DNA of 64,000 nt from Neodothiora populina (lineage: Eukaryota). Under the pieces are notes generated by a model. The model was not told where the DNA came from. It made no database searches and was given only the letters and a program-made list of their open reading frames with translations. Below, in pieces: positions 1 through 12,522 of the stretch. The first letter of the stretch is position 1; every line of letters starts with the position of its first letter. Location: positions 744,001 to 808,000 of the forward strand of contig NW_027191405.1 in NCBI RefSeq assembly GCF_041146345.1. The letters run 5' to 3'. The translations under genes and the position numbers were made by a program.

Positions 1-612
1 GGGAGATGCAGTGTATCGAAGCGGAAGAAGAAGTCTATTTCCCATCAACATCCAGAATCTTGAATTCCCAGACAGATAGATTCCCTCCATTTCGCAAAAT
101 CGTTTTTCTATCAATGTCCAGTCTACCAATTTGCTGTTCGGTATTTATATCGCGAGACACGCACGAACGAACCTCTCTGTTGCTCTTTTACGAGGAACTC
201 TGGGTGGTCGATCTCGAATTCGCTTATCTTTGTCACTTTTGCATGATGGACGAATGGATGGATAGGTGACATCTTGTCATGAAAAGGAGTTGGTGGGAGG
301 AAGGGGCTGTAATATGCGGATTGCTTGAATGAAAAACTAGAAAAGGGAAGTAAAACAATACTCTCATCTGGTCTCTCTCTCTTTCTCCACGTTCTCTACT
401 TTCTCCCTCTTCTTCTATGCGTCAAAATTGGCGAGTCTCGGTGACTGTCATGTCAAGTCAAAAATGCAACCACCAACGACAGCGATAGCGTTTTCCTTCG
501 AGTCCAGGTTCCTTGTCTCTTTTGTCTCGGGCTTTGCTCATCATATCTTTCTCTCGTCTCTCTCTTTCGAGTAAATTTCATCTCGGCTTATTCGCGGTCG
601 TCCGTCGGTCGC

Positions 613-1851
613 TTAGACGTATTGCGACAACCAGCGGATACCCTCGCCGTAGCCCTGTCTCATGACCACAGAGCACATGAAGACCTCGATGGGGCGGATA
701 TTCTCGAGTTGGACCTTGCCCTTGCCGGTGGTCGAGTAGAGACCGAGCTCGTGTCTGAGTTGGTCCTCGGAGACGGCGTTGGGGTCTGTGGACGATGTCC
801 ATCAGCGAATATTTCTCTTTTGATAGGAACCAGAGAATACTTACGGTCGATCTTGTTGCCCAGGATGAGGAATGGGGTCTTGGCTAGATCTTCCATTGAC
901 AGAACTGTGGATATATCATCAGTAAGACATTGTGATGCCAACCAAGTCGGCAAAAACATACGAGCGTCGAGCTCAGCCTTGCTCTCGGCGAATCGCTCGG
1001 GGTCCTTTGCGTCGACAAGGAACACGATTCCAGAGACCTCGGGGAAGTACTGCATGACCTGTCAGTTCCAAGCGTCATAAAGTCAACAAAATCCGGGCTC
1101 CGGGTGCGTCACTGACATCCTTCCACAATCGTCGTGCCTGCTGATGACCTGTCCGACTCTTAGCTACACATGCCGATAGCAAATGGTTATTGCTGCTGCC
1201 ATACCGCCCAAGTCAAAGGTTGTGAAACGGACAGAGCCAATGCTGAGCTCCTCGGAGGCTGAAAGTAGTCAGCTAGTGCACTTGAGCATCGTCTTTCGTA
1301 TACACATACTAGGGTGAAGGGTGGGATTCAAGACGGCACTAGGTTACTGTTAGTCTACGACGCTTGATGTCGTCGAGCGCTGGAGGATTCGCGTACACTC
1401 TGTCGTTCTAAAAGTGGAAAATGTCAGCTCAGATGTGGCCAACGAGGCAACATTCGAGAATAATTCCGACATACCTTGAGCATGTGAAGAAGCTAACGGA
1501 GAAGGTCAGCATTCCGATTCGACTACCATTCGTGTGTCCATGAAACAAAAACGCACAGTGGTCTTTCCTGCATTGTCCAGACCCAGGAACAAGAGTTTCT
1601 GTGCAACCGCATTCCGTTAGCCTCACTCCCTCTTTTTGTTATAGACGGATGCTCATCGGTTTGGCTCGTACTGCGTGCTTATTCAGGAGGCCAAGACTGG
1701 CGAGAGTGTCCCAGACTGTTTTGGATCTGCTGTCAGCGCACGTGGTCCATTTGTAGAGGGGTGGCTCCTCTCGTGTTTTGGTATTTCCAAGGGCGCGGGA
1801 GGGGACGAGAAAGCCGATGAGAGTTCACGTACACCAGTCGATAATCCACAT
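613..1851 (-). CDS. SAR1: Small COPII coat GTPase Sar1 (11 exons)
   Basis: Spliced by hand: [45 protein letters not shown]...[20 protein letters not shown]...GNKID...[15 protein letters not shown]. All 10 introns are GT-AG. Confidence 0.97.
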
Positions 1852-2844
1852 GTTGAAGGTTGTCTATTGATTGCTTTTGTTTTCTGTTGTGAGTTGACTG
1901 TGTCTTTTAGTTGTTGGGATGGGATTTCGTAGGTTGTTGTGATAGTGTTGGTGGCTGTATTGGTATGAGCTGATATGGCTTTGGGATGGGATGCTATGGG
2001 GAACGTGGAAGATTATCGCTGGCGTCACAGAGCACTCGATGCCAAGACCGTCGCCCACCATGACACTTACCTCCGTACAACCTACAAATGTACTGTGCAT
2101 TTATGAACCGCAGCATTTCGGGGAGTTCACACATTCCTTCAACTTCATCTTATCTGTAGCTCTTCCACACGGCCTTTTATATGTAGCAACTGCTTTCATG
2201 CTGAAGAATGGATTTGTACTATTCAGGGTGGTTGAGTTGATCACTGAATATAGATTATCCAGTAAAATGTCATGATTCTACTTGTAGGGTATAGCATTGT
2301 CAACCGATACCGTCAGGGTCATTATGCTTGTAAACAAAGACACCCACTTCACAGCATTCTCTTGCAGTGACGTGCAAAAGTAAGAGGTTTCGCACATGAC
2401 ACTACATGATGAGAAGCATCAAGGGAAGTCAAAAGCAATTGGAACAATAATGCCTCTCTTATTTCGTAAAGTAGTGCGTGTAGCTCAATAACGGTAAACC
2501 ATGGTCCCAAGTGACCCAAGTCAATCGTTTCGTGAAAACTCCAACAATGCCCATGCCATCGAAATGGCCCCGATCCATATGCCATAGGGGTATTTAGAAA
2601 CGGATGACCGGAAGAAAAACACGAAACAATCCCATGGTATATATCCCTGGTGAGAGCATGAGCCCTTGCACCTTCCGGTCCAAGCAAAAATATAAAGTGA
2701 ACGGCGTATCTACAAGAAGGTTCAGAAGAAGAGAAGAATAGGATCATCCCTTATGACTGAAAGTCGGCCCACCAGCCGACTTGACATGGCCAACGTCACA
2801 TCATAGTCGTATGCGCGTGTACCCATGCCGTCATAAGATGAGGT

Positions 2845-2875
2845 AGAAGAAGAAGAAGAAGAAGAAGAAGAAGAA
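2845..2875. repeat. (GAA)n microsatellite
   Basis: About 10 consecutive GAA units. Confidence 0.9.
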
Positions 2876-2994
2876 AATAAAGTCTTTTCGTCGATCGGCA
2901 TAGCTATGATAGCGACCAGCAGGAACCATACGGAGCCTGTAGAAAGTCGATGCTGATCGACGGCGCTACCAAAGCGCGATCAAGACGAATGTAT

Positions 2995-5346
2995 TTAGTA
3001 TGAGAGCATATGCTCCTTTTTGCCTTTGTAGGCTGCAAGCTCGAGGCCTACTTCTCTCATCCTCTCTGCTCCCTTGCCTGGCTTGGGTCGCTTATGCTCA
3101 CGATCCTTGCCGTTTCGGTTGCAGTGCTTTTGGTAGAGTTTCTCTCGGCGACGTTGACGCTTTTTCTCGAGACCCTTGACGATATCAATGGCTCCACGAG
3201 CGTTTACAGGCAACACCTCGTCGAATTCGGAGCTTGATAGAGAGAAAGGCGCTCTACCGAGTTTGATGACGCTCTCCACTCGTGGCAACGACGCAGTGTG
3301 AGTTGGCTGAGGTCGTTGTGCCAGAGTAGCTCGAGGCGTGAAGCTGATGCCTTGGCCTGGAGTAGCCTCGAAGGAGATGCGGCGGGAGGGAGGCGGGGAA
3401 GCGACACGGCGGGAGGGCGGTGCTGGAGACTTCCTGCCCTTGGGCGAAGTATGGCCGAAGAGGCGGCGAGGCGGAGGCGGAGATCGAGACGTGCGCTTGG
3501 ATGCTGGGGGTGATTTGGTCTTGGTGCGCTTGATCGGCGCTGGAGACTTGAGAGTAGTGCGCTTTGTGGGTGGAGGAGGAGAGCGATGGACTAAACGCTT
3601 CGCAGGTGGAGGTGAACGCATGCGCAGAGGGGGTGATGGTGTCTTCCTCCTAGCACCGGCCACTGATGGTTGACGACCACGTCTGTCAGAGTCCTCGTTG
3701 TGGAGATCGATCTTGCCGTGCAGGAAATAAGGATGGTCGCTCTCGTCGACCTTCCTGTGCTCGCCATCGCTGTCGTCTTCGTCATCGTCCTCTTCGTCCA
3801 TCTCGGGATCGGAGGTGGGGAATGTGGGATCGATATCTTGAGGTCTTGCCTTGTATCTGGCAGCCTTTCTCTGTTCGATACAAGAGATGTATGCCTGCTC
3901 CAGAGGCCTGTCTTCGTCGAGCGTTCCGCACACAAAGTCGGTGCTGTCTGGAAGATCTGGAGTCACTGGGCGACGGATCTTCATGGCCTTGGTCTTGCGC
4001 TTGACCTTTCCCTGGGGTGGACGGCTTTGCAGGTGTTCGGCGCTGTCCGACTCCAACGAGGACTGTGAGTTGACTCTGTGTCGAGGTGACAAGCGAAGGT
4101 TGTCGAGATGCTCCATCGAGGTAGCTGCAGTCGATCTGCCCGCGGTCCACCATTCGTTGTCACTATCATCGCCTTCACTGTCGGACACGGCGAAGCCATC
4201 CTCGTCGTCAGTCTGGAAGCCTGCGTCGGAGACCTCATCGCCAGACGCGCCGGACTCGGCCTCTTCCTCGTCTTCCTCGTCTTCCTCGTCCTCATCATCC
4301 TCGTCAACCTCATCATCGACATCGAGATCATCGTCTTCGAAGTCGTCATCTTCGAGTGCCTCCTCCTCGACTTCCTCGCCGATTCGTCTGATAATGGTCT
4401 CTTTGATAAGAGTGTCGTTTACGGTGAGGCGGTTGCGGTGACAAGTGGATTCCTCGAGCCACTGCTCAGCTTCGGTGGCGATGGGTCCAAATTCATGGAA
4501 GCGACGCTCCTCGGCAGGAATGTCTTGGTTGTCGTCACTGTATTTGCGTCTGCGAATGATCGTCGAGGGTACCTTGCGAAGACTCTTTGGAGAGTCGTTC
4601 TTGACAGTGGAATCAGAGCCGCGGTGCGCTTTGTGGATGGGCTTTGGAGAAGGTGGAGGGCGTTGCGCTCTTTTCACCGGTGCCGGACTCGTGTTCCTAG
4701 GTATCTTGATGTTCTGCAGAGATGGGGCGGAGGGCGCGGTGGGGCGCGCAGGGCAGGCAAAAGTGATAAGGCACTTGCGCTTTGGCGGTTCAGGGGATTT
4801 TTGTTCCGACGCCTCCTTTGACTGCTCTTTAATGGGCTTTGGTTCGTTCGGCTGCTTTCCACAGGCGAAGGTAATGCATCGACGGCGTCCAAGACCTGCT
4901 TCGACGATCTTCTCGGGACCTTCTGCGATACCTTCTGCGGCGATGGTAGGCTCTTTGGAAAGAGGCTTCTCTAGAGCCGGTACAGGTTCGCGTAAGACTG
5001 TCGCTGGGAATGGCGGGCTCGGGGTGCTATCTCGGGTTCCAGGGCTGGTCAAGTCATTGTCGCTAGTCAAGGAAGCGGTCGAGGCAACACTTGGGTTGCT
5101 CCACGTGGACATGCCGCGCACGACGGCGCGGGCACGATGATGCTCATCCTCGGTGTGGTCCGGTTCGGGAGAATGCAGTTGACGAGTCAGGAGCGACTCT
5201 CTACGTGCAAATGCCGGAGGAAGGTGTTTGGTGAAGGCAGTGTCGATGGTCTGCGTCTGGTGTCTGATGGCGAAGTACTCGCTTCTTTCCGGTGGCTCTT
5301 CTACGTCGCCACAAGGCTCACCAGCCATGTCGATGTTGTGGTCCAT
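2995..5346 (-). CDS. Conserved fungal low-complexity protein (DUF2457/'extensin-like' family)
   Basis: 783-aa single ORF. Motifs RFHEF, LPDSTDFVCGTLDEDRPLE, PQDIDPTFPTSDPE and RGAIDIVKGLEKKRQRR, with acidic and SPPP tracts. Family name is from recall. Confidence 0.8.
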   Translation of the reverse strand: MDHNIDMAGEPCGDVEEPPERSEYFAIRHQTQTIDTAFTKHLPPAFARRESLLTRQLHSPEPDHTEDEHHRARAVVRGMSTWSNPSVASTASLTSDNDLTSPGTRDSTPSPPFPATVLREPVPALEKPLSKEPTIAAEGIAEGPEKIVEAGLGRRRCITFACGKQPNEPKPIKEQSKEASEQKSPEPPKRKCLITFACPARPTAPSAPSLQNIKIPRNTSPAPVKRAQRPPPSPKPIHKAHRGSDSTVKNDSPKSLRKVPSTIIRRRKYSDDNQDIPAEERRFHEFGPIATEAEQWLEESTCHRNRLTVNDTLIKETIIRRIGEEVEEEALEDDDFEDDDLDVDDEVDEDDEDEEDEEDEEEAESGASGDEVSDAGFQTDDEDGFAVSDSEGDDSDNEWWTAGRSTAATSMEHLDNLRLSPRHRVNSQSSLESDSAEHLQSRPPQGKVKRKTKAMKIRRPVTPDLPDSTDFVCGTLDEDRPLEQAYISCIEQRKAARYKARPQDIDPTFPTSDPEMDEEDDDEDDSDGEHRKVDESDHPYFLHGKIDLHNEDSDRRGRQPSVAGARRKTPSPPLRMRSPPPAKRLVHRSPPPPTKRTTLKSPAPIKRTKTKSPPASKRTSRSPPPPRRLFGHTSPKGRKSPAPPSRRVASPPPSRRISFEATPGQGISFTPRATLAQRPQPTHTASLPRVESVIKLGRAPFSLSSSEFDEVLPVNARGAIDIVKGLEKKRQRRREKLYQKHCNRNGKDREHKRPKPGKGAERMREVGLELAAYKGKKEHMLSY

Positions 5347-6098
5347 GGCGGGTGATGGTGGTGTTTGCTGTGATAGTTACTGGGAGGGTGGACGTCGACC
5401 TCTTGTATGATGTCGAAGCAATTCGTAAGCAACGATGCAATAGTCCTTGGTCGGTAGCGTTCGGTGGCTGTCGGCGCAGATGCGACTAGAGGCCAAAAAG
5501 ATATGTCGAAGGCGACTGAGCTACACTAGGTACAGACAGTGTCTGGAGTATGTAAATCGCAAGAAGCGGATTTGACCCGAAGGCCTAATATTGTTATAAG
5601 AGCAAATCAGGCATGATTGTATCCGGGAGTAATGCAGATCGAAGCCGTAATGATGGTTTGTGAAAAAGAGACTGCGCCAAGGCAGTTGGGTATGATTTCA
5701 GTGACCTCAGCCACAGATGGGAAGGTGGAAGAAGCGCAGAAACTGGGTTGTTGGTTTTGAGGGACGCTGCTGCTGATCAAGCCCGGACGTCTGAGTCGGG
5801 TGGTCGAAGGGTGGCGAAGACGTCGAGGCTGTGAATCAGAAATGATCTCCCCAATCACAGCTCACGTGGACTGGCCCAATAATGAAGTGGAAGTCAAGAT
5901 GGGAGAGTGGAGAGGACAAAGCTATGGAGCAGAGATGAATGAAAACGAAAAGGAAGACGGCGCGAGTTTGGAGGGAGCAAATGGGCAAACGGGTGTGCGA
6001 AAGCACGAGTAACGAATCCGAAAAGTGCGGGTGTGGGTGTGGACCGGTCTTTACGCCAAAAAGAATGCGCTGCGGTGCACTGCGTCTGTGAAGCCTGT

Positions 6099-6125
6099 TA
6101 AGCCTAAGCCTAAGCCTAAGCCTAA
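6099..6125. repeat. (TAAGCC)4 hexamer repeat
   Basis: taagcctaagcctaagcctaagcctaa in intergenic DNA. Confidence 0.8.
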
Positions 6126-8993
6126 TTGTGCCTTTGTAATTATGAGCCTATGAGGGGATTTGCGCTCTGATCAAGTTTGGAAAGCTTGGGAAAAAAAAAG
6201 GTTCACACTCTCTCTCGTGTCGTGCCTCTTTCTCCTCCTCCTTCTCACACGCTCACACGCACATTTCATTCGCACGGACCGCTTTTCCCGCACACTTTGC
6301 TGACCGCTCGCTGCTGCGACGCCGCGACGCTGCCCGGCTGGCTGCCCACCCGCTGCTCACCCACTCCTGTCAAACCAAGCCTCGATTCGCACAGTTTTTA
6401 CAGAGAAAAAGAGGCGTTACCGATCCAGTGATCACCGCTGTGCCTGCAGATGCTCGTCCCTCGTATCAAGTACTCATTATTGCTACACCGGTGTATACAC
6501 CCAAGGTCAGCACCTAGCCTGTGTATACCTTACTTGTTCTCTACGTACTGTGTTTCTATGCATGGGGGATCATCATTGCTCTCAACCATTACCCATCTTC
6601 TAATGTCATCGAATTGACCCCCCTGTGCTTGTGTTTTGGTTTGACTCCCCCGACATCGTGACCTCCCCGCTCATAAAGCCTCTAAGGTCGCGCTCAGGCT
6701 TGTTACAGTTCATCGCGTAGATCCACCTCTAAATCACCGACGTCATTCCCCTAACGGCGCCGTGGGCCAAACCGTGATTTTATGGTATTGGACAGTAACC
6801 ACCACTGCAGGTGAGCAATTGGCCCTAATGTGCTGGCTGGCTTTACTGCACACTACTCAGCGACCCTTCATATTACTCACTAGCGCTGCTGTTATGCGAT
6901 CGAGTGATGGGTTATGCTGCCTCACACTCGTCACAGGCCGGCTGATGCACCTCTCAATCCTCGGGTATAGCGGGACGCCTCGGGGAATTTTGTCTCTTTG
7001 TGCCTTGTTGGTCACTCACTGAGCGCGGCCCCAACGACGCCTGCCGAACGGCTGAACCCCTTCGGACATGTTGTCCTGCATTGCAGCCTGTGCAGCTTCC
7101 GGCCCTGCGGCATTTTCTCGCAGCCACTCAGCGCACTGCGGGTGCAAATGGAAGCATCGTAACCCCCCAGACGACGACGCATGCACACCTAACCAACATT
7201 TGATTAGAATCCCACAATCTTATCCCCTTCGAACCCAGCATGGAACAGCTCTCCTTGGCGGCAAATCTCACCAAATGAACTGCCATTTCCCCCGCATAAC
7301 AAATCCAAGCACTACACCGCTTGGACTCTGAGATCGTAAAATAGACACTGCCCGTTAGACGAACGTTAGTAGCCGCCTCCAGCTCTTTACCGCTTTTCAC
7401 TATCTGGCCTCAAGTGCCAATGTCTCTCTTTCCGATGGTAACATTGTTGTGCTGGTTGTTGTTACATCCCAGCGAAAATCAACGGCCATTCCGCAGAGCC
7501 GAGCAACCACAAGACCTAGCCTTTGACATGACCGACATGATGCCTCGCATACGATACATCTGTCCTCGTGCTCTTCAAAGAGTGCATGAAACGTGGGGGG
7601 GTTTGCCCCTTAGGGTGTTGGCTGCATGACAGCCAAAACACCGCTTGCGCAGACCACTGACCACCATATCAGATGCTAGCCAAAAGTACAGTAAATCATC
7701 ACAGCCATCAGCGCTCGACCCCCACAATCTTGATCGCGTTTTAGTGCGAGTCCTCGGATGTGCATGTAAGATTAGGCCTAGCCCAAGGTAATAGAGCGAT
7801 AGAGAGCTATGTCGCAAAAACTGGCCCTTGATTATTTACAAGTATCACGTTGTTCACGTGCTACACAGATAAATCCATTAGTTCGGGCCTTTGGTGAGGT
7901 TGTGATTCGACCAGACAACTGTCCTGGTGTTGAGCATACTGTACGCGCTCCCCAAGCATGTACCTTCGTATCTCCGCTCGGCCTTTCAACGTTCACTGTA
8001 TCTTGGGCTTTCATCTCACATCAAAACAGACGCGGCGTCTAAAGATCGTCATCGATGTGGAAGATGCACATCAGACATATGGTATGTACAGTATAGGAAC
8101 GTCGACCGCGGCATGAGCTCGCGTCTTTGACTCGTCTGACTCCTCTTTGCCTACTGTGCATGGATGAACAGCTGATGCGAGAAGTGAAGCTCCTTGGACA
8201 TCCGACCCGCTTCGTCAGATGAGGTGAGTGTCGCCTTCTCTTGCATGCAAGTTTACAGCGGTCACAAGGGTACTGTACACTCGAGATGCCGACGTCACGT
8301 ATTATGTGTATCCTAAGATACCGAAGTGCTTGTATCATGGCGATGACTGCAAGCATTGTCTGCTCAGAATTAGGCTACGGAGTTACCTTTATCACGGTCA
8401 ACGGAAGATTCACAGCACTACGGGAAAAAGTGGAATGCTGTTGCATGCTCTCTGATCATTGAGCACTGACGGCGATCCAGAGCTGTCACGACCCAGTCGC
8501 TTCGCTTGAAGCCCCTTATATATTGCGCATGATGCCTCGGGGCCGGGTCCTTGGTGTAGAGACAGAACAGACCGGCTCGTAACTGGCTCCTGGGCTGCGA
8601 TCCGGGCATATCTGCCCAACCACGAGGACGGATGACAGTACGGAGTATTCCTTATTGCAAAACAGTGTAACGTGCAAGTTAGGGTCCAGCTGTTTCATGT
8701 CCCAGCATTCACCAGTATGTTTTATGAGTCGCACCGTGCTACCATGTTACAACATCATCGCCGCTCAGCATTGCGATACTGCAAGATAAGCCATACTTGG
8801 AACAAGAGACTCTGCATTACCAAGTTTCGCCCCCTTCCCCTGGTAAATCTCGCGTGATGGTGCGACTGATCTAATACGCTTCTACATGGTAAGTTGTACG
8901 ATGTGGGCAGTGCTTCCCAGACGATCTCCTTTCTCGTATCTTGCAAGCTCCCCTGCATGTCCGGCATGTCACAACTTCGTCCACTGTATTTTA

Positions 8994-9830
8994 TCAAACA
9001 GTAGGACATCTATTCTCTTTCCCTATCTCACTCTCTTCCTTCACAACCCGCAGAGCAGGCACCTGCATATCCTGCATCATTAGGACATCCAAGCGATCAG
9101 ATAGAGTGTCCACTCTATCGATCAAGTCCATGAGGACCTGAGTCATCGGCCTCAACCTCTTTGTCACCGTTACAGCAATGCGGGTGTCAATATCTTGGGC
9201 GGACTCTGCCTGACTAGCGACCACGCTGTACTTCCTCGAGATCGGCCTCTCGGTCGTGTGAGGAATTGACTGACGTGTCGCTGTTCTGGGAGTCATGTCA
9301 GAGCTGTGTTGGTTGCCACTGGTCCTCGGCCTACGCAGGGCTTTTTTTATCACTTTCTCGAAGACCTGGACGTGTCTGGTATCATGGACTGGACATCTGA
9401 ACAGGCCCATCCGGATCGCAGCACTTATGATATGCGTAAGTTTCGCTGACATGTCGCCCGCCAGGAACTTGTCACACACGACATAGAAGATGGCACTCGC
9501 CAGAGGTCGATTGTATGAGTTACTGATGGACACTTGATGACCGGTGGGCGCAGCTATCACACCCTGGGACAGAAGGGCTGATAGGTACGGGGCGTCCGAG
9601 AAGCTACATTCTTGCTCATGGACTTGTGCAGTGAGGCGTAGGTAAAAGCATTGCGGACAGCCCTGATCGCTGTCGCCATGGCCAGCCTGTTCAGCTGTGC
9701 CTTTGCTTGGTGCATGCATTGCCAAAAAGTAGCTGTGTCCTTGCAAGTCCGGATATTTGATCTCGTATGGTGAACTTTGCAGGTAAAAGGCATGTGTGCC
9801 TAATCCGTGTGTATTACACTCAATAACCAT
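8994..9830 (-). CDS. Hypothetical orphan protein (278 aa)
   Basis: Only long ORF in a ~5.7-kb gap. Contains CPQC and CPVH motifs and a heptad-like C-terminal helix. No family recognised. Confidence 0.4.
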   Translation of the reverse strand: MVIECNTHGLGTHAFYLQSSPYEIKYPDLQGHSYFLAMHAPSKGTAEQAGHGDSDQGCPQCFYLRLTAQVHEQECSFSDAPYLSALLSQGVIAAPTGHQVSISNSYNRPLASAIFYVVCDKFLAGDMSAKLTHIISAAIRMGLFRCPVHDTRHVQVFEKVIKKALRRPRTSGNQHSSDMTPRTATRQSIPHTTERPISRKYSVVASQAESAQDIDTRIAVTVTKRLRPMTQVLMDLIDRVDTLSDRLDVLMMQDMQVPALRVVKEESEIGKENRCPTV

Positions 9831-11063
9831 GTATTGGTAAGAACTGCAGACTCGACACTATTAAGCGCTTCTTCTACTCCTTCCTACCTCCTGCTCGCAT
9901 GTTTTGTTATGAAGATGAGCACAAAGTACTTACATGTACCGTACCAAGCGTATAACGGTGCCCCTGCGTACAGTACAGTACACTGGTAGATCTACCTCTG
10001 GAGTACGCACAGCCTGTGCTCACTAAGACTGACGGGTCTTTAAGTCGTCTTCGTTCCTCGTATGGGCACCGTTATTGGATTGTAGAAGAGTAGTGGATGC
10101 GTTGTAGTGGCTTAAGTGGGTATTGGTCGTTGCATATCAGACTGCTTGCGCGAGTCCTCGTTTACACTGTGTGTACATATTATTTGTCTATGCCATATAA
10201 TTATGGCCCTTTCATAAGACAAGAGAACCAGTAAACGACTCTGCGCTACCATCGCTGATTGCTCGCATCTTATTCTATCGAACCTATTGTGCAAAGGAAG
10301 AAGTCCATCTCACACACCACCTCCACCTTCGCGATCCAGGGCTCACTAACCAAGCTAGTTTCAACTGGCCGAACAAGTCAACACTGTAACATCAGCATTG
10401 TTGAACCATGCCATGCTCCAGCTACATGATAGCAATGTTATCCGAGTAAAACAACGAATGACATGTACACAACACAACACCGGCCTCTAACCCCCTGCGC
10501 GAACGAGGATCTCGATACAACCCACAATGCGGACATATGTGCTTATAGAACGTAGTGGTACATCACGAGACCTCGAAAAGCGTGTTTCATCAGACGAAAC
10601 GGTACGTCTTGTTTCTTGGGTCCAGGGACTGGTCTACAGTACAAGTCACATGAAAACAGCAACTCAGATTACTGTCTTTAGCAACGATGAATGTAACGGA
10701 AAAGGGGGGCGGTGACAAGAGAGAGTAGAAACGAGACAGGGTCGCCATAGGGTATGGACGCTTCACCGCCGGAGACAGAATGAACGGGCGTCAGGCCGGG
10801 ACTCGAAGAGCTCGGACCAAGTGAGGTGGGCGAGAAGATGTGATGGGTGTCGATGCCGTTTCGGCCCTGTATCGGCGGGGTGGGCTCACTCTGTTCGCCC
10901 TACCGACGATTCAAGAATAGTCACGAGTCACTAGACAAGTCGTATGCTCGACTTGTGAGTTACTTAGTGGTTTCCGGTAATTGTTCTTTTCCAGGTAAGC
11001 TCCCAGGAAGAAGGGGAACGACAGACTCGAACTGGAGACTGAAGAGAACAAAAGAAAATAGAT

Positions 11064-12229
11064 ATGGCTCCCAAATACCTTACCGGCGATAAGGCCGGAA
11101 TTGACGAGTTCCTTTCGAGATTCGATGTATGATATGACCCATTCTTCATGAAGTGTCGAGGGCATGAAGTGCTGATCTGTGGAATCGCAGGTGTTTCTAT
11201 TCGACTGCGATGGTACGCTTGACCTCTCATCCGCTCTGTAGCAGGATGGTATAATCCCGATATCACATGATTGCAGTACCGCGACTCTGCCATGTGCAAC
11301 GAAAGACAAGAAACATTGGTTGACGTTATGAGAAGGATAGGCGTCCTATGGTCTGGCGATCACCTCCTCCCAAGCACGGCGGAAACGCTCGAGATGCTGA
11401 GGAGCAAAGGCAAGCAGCTCGTCTTCGTCACCAACAACAGCACAAAATCGCGCGAGGACTACAAGAAGAAGTTTGACAAGATGGGCATACCATGCAAAGT
11501 GGTAGGTTGTTGACTGCTTGTGCAGCAAGACAAAACGACTCAGGGATCTAACATACGAGGGAACAGGAGGAAGTCTTCGGATCAGCGTACAGCGCCGCCA
11601 TCTACATTTCACGAATCCTCAAGCCGCAAGCTCCCAAGAACAAGGTGTTTGTGCTAGGTGAGAGCGGTATCGAGCAGGAACTGGCGACGGAGAATGTGCC
11701 ATACTGCGGCGGCACAGACCCCAGCCTCCGTAGGGACATGGAGCCGGAGGACTACACCAACATCGCCAATGGCAGCATGCTGGATCCCGAAGTCGGCGTG
11801 GTGCTTACCGGGCTCGACTTCCACGTCAACTACCTCAAGCTGAGTCTCGCGTTCGCCTACCTCAGGAACGGAGCGACTTTTCTGGCTACAAACACTGATT
11901 CCACGCTGCCCAACTCGCACACGCTTTTCCCTGGCGCTGGTTCCGTCGGAGCACCACTCGTCAAGGCTATTGGACGCGAAGCATTGGCACTGGGCAAGCC
12001 CAGCCAGGCGATGATGGATGCGATCGAGGGCAAATTCCAATTCGACCGTAGCAGGACGTGCATGGTCGGAGATAGACTCAATACGGATATCCAATTCGGT
12101 ATTGAGGGCAAGCTCGGAGGCACGCTTGCCGTGCTCACCGGTGTCAGCAGGAAGGAGGACTTCCTCGCCGAGGACGCACCGACTGTGCCTACTGCTTATC
12201 TTGACAAGCTAGGTGATCTTATGGGTTAG
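11064..12229 (+). CDS. PHO13: HAD-IIA 4-nitrophenylphosphatase / phosphoglycolate phosphatase (4 exons)
   Basis: MAPKYLTGD...; motif I FLFDCDGVLW across an intron, [14 protein letters not shown] and [13 protein letters not shown]. Confidence 0.92.
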
Positions 12230-12384
12230 AGTAGAGGGGACAAGGAGACGATAGAGGATTGTGGATAGACGCTTGTGGATAGACGTCGATACAATTGTCT
12301 ATACAATGTTTTATGCAAGTACTTGTGTCCTAGACGGATACTTATACAAGGGTGCACGGCCTTTATGCAGCCAAAGTCCATTTG

Positions 12385-12406
12385 TCGCGCGACGCGTCCC
12401 CCGCGT
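12385..12406 (+). promoter_or_regulatory. MCB (MBF) element cluster upstream of primase
   Basis: tcgcgcgACGCGTcccccgcgt; perfect ACGCGT at 12392-12397, ~126 nt before the PRI2 ATG. Typical of G1/S replication genes. Confidence 0.65.
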
Positions 12407-12522
12407 CTCCTTCCATTTACGTGAACCTTTCTTGCACTCATTCCACCTACTTTACTTATACCATTCCCAATTGCTCTCTTGAACATATTCAACATCCTAA
12501 ATACACAAAGGAAAATACAACC

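Noticed and set aside
6099..6125. Telomere-like repeat (TTAGGC)
   Set aside because: Only four copies, internal, and differs from the usual Pezizomycotina TTAGGG.
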